Made by a program: the position numbers and the translations under genes. The notes beneath the pieces were generated by a model, which saw only the letters and a program-made list of their open reading frames with translations, was not told the DNA's origin and ran no database searches. Below, piece by piece: positions 59,006 to 64,000 of a stretch of 64,000 bases of DNA (its first letter is position 1; each line of letters begins with the position of its first letter). The stretch is from Chiloscyllium plagiosum (lineage: Eukaryota). Where the stretch lies: the NCBI RefSeq assembly GCF_004010195.1, contig NC_057751.1, forward strand, positions 3,685,707-3,749,706, read 5' to 3'.

Positions 59006-62000
59006 TTTGGACCAAACTGAAATACATGAGTAGGTACAGGAACCAGCATCTTTGTAGCTGGAAGAGTGGCCATGTTCCAATATCCTGATGTAAACAGAGG
59101 TAAGACAATAGGGAAGCAGTTCTAGATGAATTATCTCAAGCTTTGCTTGGATGGACTGGTAACTGAAACAGATTGTAACTGGGTAGCCAAAATAAAATTT
59201 TCTATTTTATTCACCCTACCTGGCTATGATCAGGAGGCTAAGCTGCCAAACAACTGCCTGGAGTGAGAAACTAAATTAAAAAGGTAAAACTAAAGTTTGA
59301 TAAATCCCCTAATTACAAGGGAATCCACATCCTAACCTCCATAAAAAGATGAGAAATGCAAATGCAATGCTAAAAGACCGGTGTAGCAATAAGAACTGCC
59401 ATTTTAAAAGATTCTGGCATGTGCAGTGGAACCGGAAGGGGTCATCATCCTTGGGACAGGTGACATCTGTCTGCAGTGGGGCCAGGATAATCATAGAAAC
59501 TATTAATTGGGTTGGAGAAAGGATATTAAAATGAAAAAGTGGAGAGGGCTTCTGGGAGCAAGTAAAGATGATAGCCTGATGGAAAAGAAGTAATGAAACA
59601 AAGTCAGACTACACAAAGTGATTCTGCTAAATCAGAGGAAATAAGATCCTGGAAACAATAATTAAAGTACCTTCCACATAGTTTAAAAAATGCAAATTAA
59701 GAAAAAGTGGGATAAATCAAAGAGTACAAGCAAAACAACATGAGGGCAAGGTTAGGATTAACAATGTTGAGACCTCTGCTCAATGCATACAGCACAAGGA
59801 ATAAATTAAGAGAATTTCATCCTAATGGCGACGATGTGGTAACAAATACCAAGATCAGGATCTAACTCATGTGCACGTGTAATGGTGGTGGTGGTGGGGG
59901 CACGTGGTGAATATTCCAGGCTATAAGATATTTCAAAAGAACATCAAAATTGGGAAAGGATGGGGTGGAGACCTTACTGTTTGATTGGAATTAAGGAACA
60001 ATCAAGGGTGCAAGACTTGGATGTAAGTTTCTGGAAATTTTCTGGTGGTAGTGACAATGAAGATGATTGGGTGAAGCAAAGTAGCACAAGTTGCAAAGCC
60101 ACTGAACTTTCTAAGTGTTTTCAGGAAACATTCAGAGAGCTCAGGGTTTTTAAAAGCGAGTAACAAGATGGAGACCTAAATATGAAGCCATAATTCATTG
60201 AAAGCTTGGTTGTCCAGGGATATCCTGTGAACAGTTCTCAAAATATGGTGAAATGGAATATGAAGGTTCAGAAGAAAATTACAACCAAGGTTTTAAACGT
60301 AAAGCAGACTGACTTTCAAGGAATTAGATTTCAACGGAGCCTGTTACGGAGTATATGTCAATACTGAGTTATTCCACAACTTTTGTTTAGCAGAAAACCA
60401 AAACAAAATCCAAAAAGCAAAACTCTACTTGTGTTGTCAGGCAGAAGCAGAGATACCTCACAAGTAAGGTAAGAGACAAAGCAATGTTTGACACAAAGGG
60501 AGAAGAAAGTAGGAAAAGCTACATCAAGGGTAAGTTTTTTATCAACAAAGGAAACAAAATGTGGGTACATGTAGATGCAGGATACTGTAACTGACAAAAA
60601 GGAACTGCCAAGTTTTTAAAATGAGCACTTTTGTTTCTTTCTGTTTGGGTTCAATGTAATGCAAGCAAACTATGCCCAACTTGGAACCAGGTTTCAACAA
60701 TGGTTATCCTGCCATAGCCATGAATATGAAATTCTCTGACTGTAACCTTTGTGTGGTGGACATTGTGCAGAACACTTTATTTAGTTCAAAGCCACGAGAT
60801 CATCACACCCCATTACCAATGCTCAGGCTGCCTGTCTGGCCTCATGTTATTCTGCTCAAATTCTTTGACTTACCACACATTTTCTTAAAATACATGTATT
60901 TATTTGTAAGTCAGGTATTGTAATTATTACTTCCAAGATTATTTTTTTCTCCACAGTGATTTTGGGTCGCATGCCTTTGATTTCACCTCTTCTTTTCCTT
61001 TAGACTGCAAGCTTCTTGCTTCCGAAAAAAATAAATTAATATAGTTAACTTATTGGGCTCAATGTAATTTTCAAAAATGCTTGAATCTGATGACATCTTT
61101 CTGAACTGAAGCATTAACTCTATTTTCTGCTCTCTCATCTGCTCATTTTTTCCAGCATTTTCTGTTTTTATTTCATATTTTACAGGCTGTTGACATATAA
61201 ATCCAGCAGTAGCTCACAGGAGAATTAAATCACCAAGCATGATTGGAAATTATTCATTCTTGTGACCCTGCAGTAACATAACAGTATTAAAATTAAAAAG
61301 CAAACCCCTGTCCACACTTGCAGTTTCACACTGGAATGTAAATGTAATTCATTTCTGGAAATCTGTTTTGCAACCTCCATGTTTGGAAACAACTCTTTTA
61401 AAAATTGTTTCATAAATGTTTGCAAGAAATTACTGCCCTCTACCTGAGATAAATTTGTTGGCAGTGGTGACACAGGGATCCTGTTGCCTTCTGACTTATG
61501 CTCTTCTACATCTTGGAACAGTCTTCCAGCTTTGCTACCAACTGAAGTTACTAACTGGGAAAGTAATGCCACAATAGGGGCCTCATCACAAAGCAGTAAG
61601 TATTCATCCTATGATGGGCAACAAACTTGCCACATGTGATACCTGAACTCAATTCTGTCTGGGTTGCTTGCAAACTGCCAAGACAAGCACAGAAAGGAGA
61701 GCTCCTGAGAGCAACACCTCTGTCCTTAATACAAAATTCCTCCCACATCCTCTCTGATCAGCACTTTCATCACTCACTTTTGACCCGAGTCTCCTGATAA
61801 TCCAGATACTGCAGAGCAATGCAAAGCTGTTGGCTTCTGATATGTTGGCAGCTCTTAGTAAGTGCAGGATTTCCACCTCTGGGGCTTGCTGACCCTGAAC
61901 AAGGCCCATCATATTTTAATAAATTGTTTGCATCCCTGGTTCAGCTAAAAAATCCTTTCTCATTCCTAACTGCCCAGAAGATAGTTAAGAATCAATCACA

Positions 62001-62359
62001 TCAGGACTGGAATCACTTGCAGGCCAGGTCAGATGAGGATATTAGGGAAGCCGATGGGTATTTCCTGGCAAGAAACAATCTTAATTCCAGATTTTTTACT
62101 GAATTAACCTGGGTCCCTCGAACATGATGACGTTCACTGGACTATCAGTCACTTTAAAATGTCTCTCGGCCATCGCCTCACCAATGGCAGGCACAGCAGT
62201 CTGCACAGTTAAGTGCCTGATTCTCAAAAGCTCCAAGTGTGAGACTTTTGCCAGCTTTTCAGCTGGTAAACCTGGATCCAATCACCTCCAATATCACCCA
62301 TTTTATAAATGTTCATCCTGTGAATGAAACAAATGATTTGTGTTTGACAAATTGTGTTC

Positions 62360-62668
62360 TGAGAGTACTGTGGGACCTTGAACAGATGGGACAGGGACTG
62401 AGGAGTGGCAACTGGAGTTAGGTTTCGGTAAATGTTAGGTGCTGCATTTTGGAAAGGCAAATCAGGGCAAAACTTATACACTTAATGGTGAGTCCTGGGG
62501 AGTGCGGGTTCATAGTTCCTTGAAAGTGGAGTCCCAGGTCGACAGGATAGTGAAGAAGGATATTGGCCAAATGCTGGCAAATGGGATTTGATTAATTTAG
62601 GTTATTTGGTCAGCTTGGAAGAGTTGGACCGAAGGGTTTGTTTCTATGCTGTGAAGCTCTATGACTGT
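62360..62668 (+). mobile_element. CR1 fragment with internal deletion
   Basis: VLHFGKANQGKTYTLNG and SSLKVESQVDRIVKK, joined directly to the 3' UTR (ctctatgact). Confidence 0.85.
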
Positions 62669-62914
62669 AAATGTATTTCTTAATGTGTTTTTAACCATTC
62701 CTGTTTACCCAAAGCATTTTAAAGTTAAGCAAGAGATAGTTGGAGTGAATTTACAGACTGGCAAAAGACAGGGAGTCTGTTTCCCTGAAGGATACTAACA
62801 GGCTAATAGGAAAGTGACAACAATCTGGTGCTTGCCAACAAATGACCAATTGAATACGTAATTGATTAATTATTCATATTGAGATTTGAACTCATTTTTC
62901 AGTTTACAAGTCCA

Positions 62915-63228
62915 ATCAGATTAGATTCCCTACAATTTGGGAACAGGCCTTTCAGCCCAAAAAGTCCACATCGACTCTCTGAAGAGTAACCCATCTGGAA
63001 CCATTCCCCTACCCTATATTTACCCCTGACTAATACACCTAACATTATGGACAGTTTAGCATGGCCAATTCACCTGACCTGCACATCTTTGCACTGTGGG
63101 AGGAAACTCACGCAGACACAGGGAGAACATGCAAACTCTACACAGACAGTCGCCCAAGGTGTGAATCAAACCCGGGTCCCTGGCGCTGTGAGGCAGCAGT
63201 GCTAACCACTGAGCCACCCTGCCGCCCC
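62915..63228 (-). mobile_element. HE1-type SINE
   Basis: The minus strand starts ggggcggcagggtggctcagtggttagcactgctgcctcacagcgccagggacccggg and has the tail gggaatctaatct. Confidence 0.92.
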
Positions 63229-64000
63229 ATATCATGGTGCAGTGGTCATATGCCTTCTTCAGAAACTGGAGGCTAAGGTTCAGTTCCCATCTGAAGAGAT
63301 GTGTAGTAACATTTCTGGACAGGTTCGCATGAAAATGTCTCAAGGTCCAATTCCAGAACCAACAAGCTACTGACAATATTCTGTTGTACCAACAAAGAAG
63401 AAAGAAAGTTAACTCTGCATTCAAACAAGGAATTCAAATTCCACCATCCTCCATTGTTGATTTGAACCTGGGTCCCCAGAATGTAATGTGAAAAATGGTA
63501 CAATTACATAAGATTATTAAAAGAAATGCCTTCAACAAACCACTAAAGGCTGTTAACATTCTTTCCTTGACCACGATTTAAGTAGTTCAGAGTCAGCCAT
63601 TTCCACTTTCCTTTCTGAGAAGTGAAAAGAACTGAAAAATAAAATTAATAACCTGACATTTATTCTACATCTACCGATACTTTTTTGTTCATTATTATTT
63701 GACCACAAGCATGATGCTCTCCTTCTCCAAGTGCACTTTTTAATGGAGCTCCCAAACACACACAGAGTTAAAAAAAAAACGACAACTTGAAAATTTTCAA
63801 GGCTATTTAAAAATACATAAGTCATAAAATATATTGGCAAAAATTCTTCCTCAAGTAAGATACCTGTATGATTTCTGGTCAAATAAACACTTAAGTGATG
63901 AGAACTATGAAAAAGCATGTTAGAGATATGAAGAAGTGACTGCAATTTTAAAGCCTGCAAATGAAACAAACCGATCGAACACTGCTTTGACTGTGAAGTA

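Noticed and set aside
61225..61912. Cluster of minus-strand ORFs
   Set aside because: No recognisable protein. Part resembles decayed repeat-terminal sequence.
62120..62225. ATGATGA...CTGA as a C/D-box snoRNA
   Set aside because: No terminal stem or recognisable guide sequence, and the motifs are expected by chance.
27430..63228. tRNA-like sequences at ~27440-27500, 43158-43230, 50460-50533 and 63150-63228
   Set aside because: They are SINE heads continuous with SINE bodies, not tRNA genes.
63553..63640. Possible terminal exon on the minus strand (ERKVEMADSELLKSWSRKEC*)
   Set aside because: An acceptor-like tract exists, but the peptide is unrecognised and unsupported.
1..64000. Endogenous viral element, or prokaryotic defence or retron system
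   Set aside because: All recognisable RT and nuclease motifs match eukaryotic non-LTR or Penelope elements. I saw no viral or bacterial ORFs.

Overview
This is eukaryotic, repeat-dense genomic DNA, most consistent with a shark. That assignment is inferred from the repeat repertoire: HE1-type tRNA/V-domain SINEs, abundant CR1 LINEs and GIY-YIG Penelope-like elements. I could not recognise a host protein-coding gene, rRNA, genuine tRNA or CRISPR array, so the window looks intronic or intergenic. The recognisable long ORFs are decayed retroelement fragments: CR1 (two copies retain an SGNH-esterase ORF1, one of them with its zinc finger), L2/CR1-group, RTE, L1 and Penelope-like elements (PLEs). 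There are also solo LTRs and Myb/SANT relics of probable Harbinger origin. The most interesting signal is a set of PLE terminal repeats from several distinct families carrying minimal hammerhead-ribozyme cores (CUGANGA-A-stem II-GAAAC-GUH). They occur in TSD-flanked insertions that are short, palindromic or carry inverted termini. One insertion ends exactly at the predicted GUC cleavage site, and several short ones start a few nt upstream of the core. Repeat-poor AT-rich blocks and one CpG-enriched island are candidate regulatory DNA. There are two assembly gaps (6332-6509 and 49805-50304). Repeat boundaries are approximate, read by eye.
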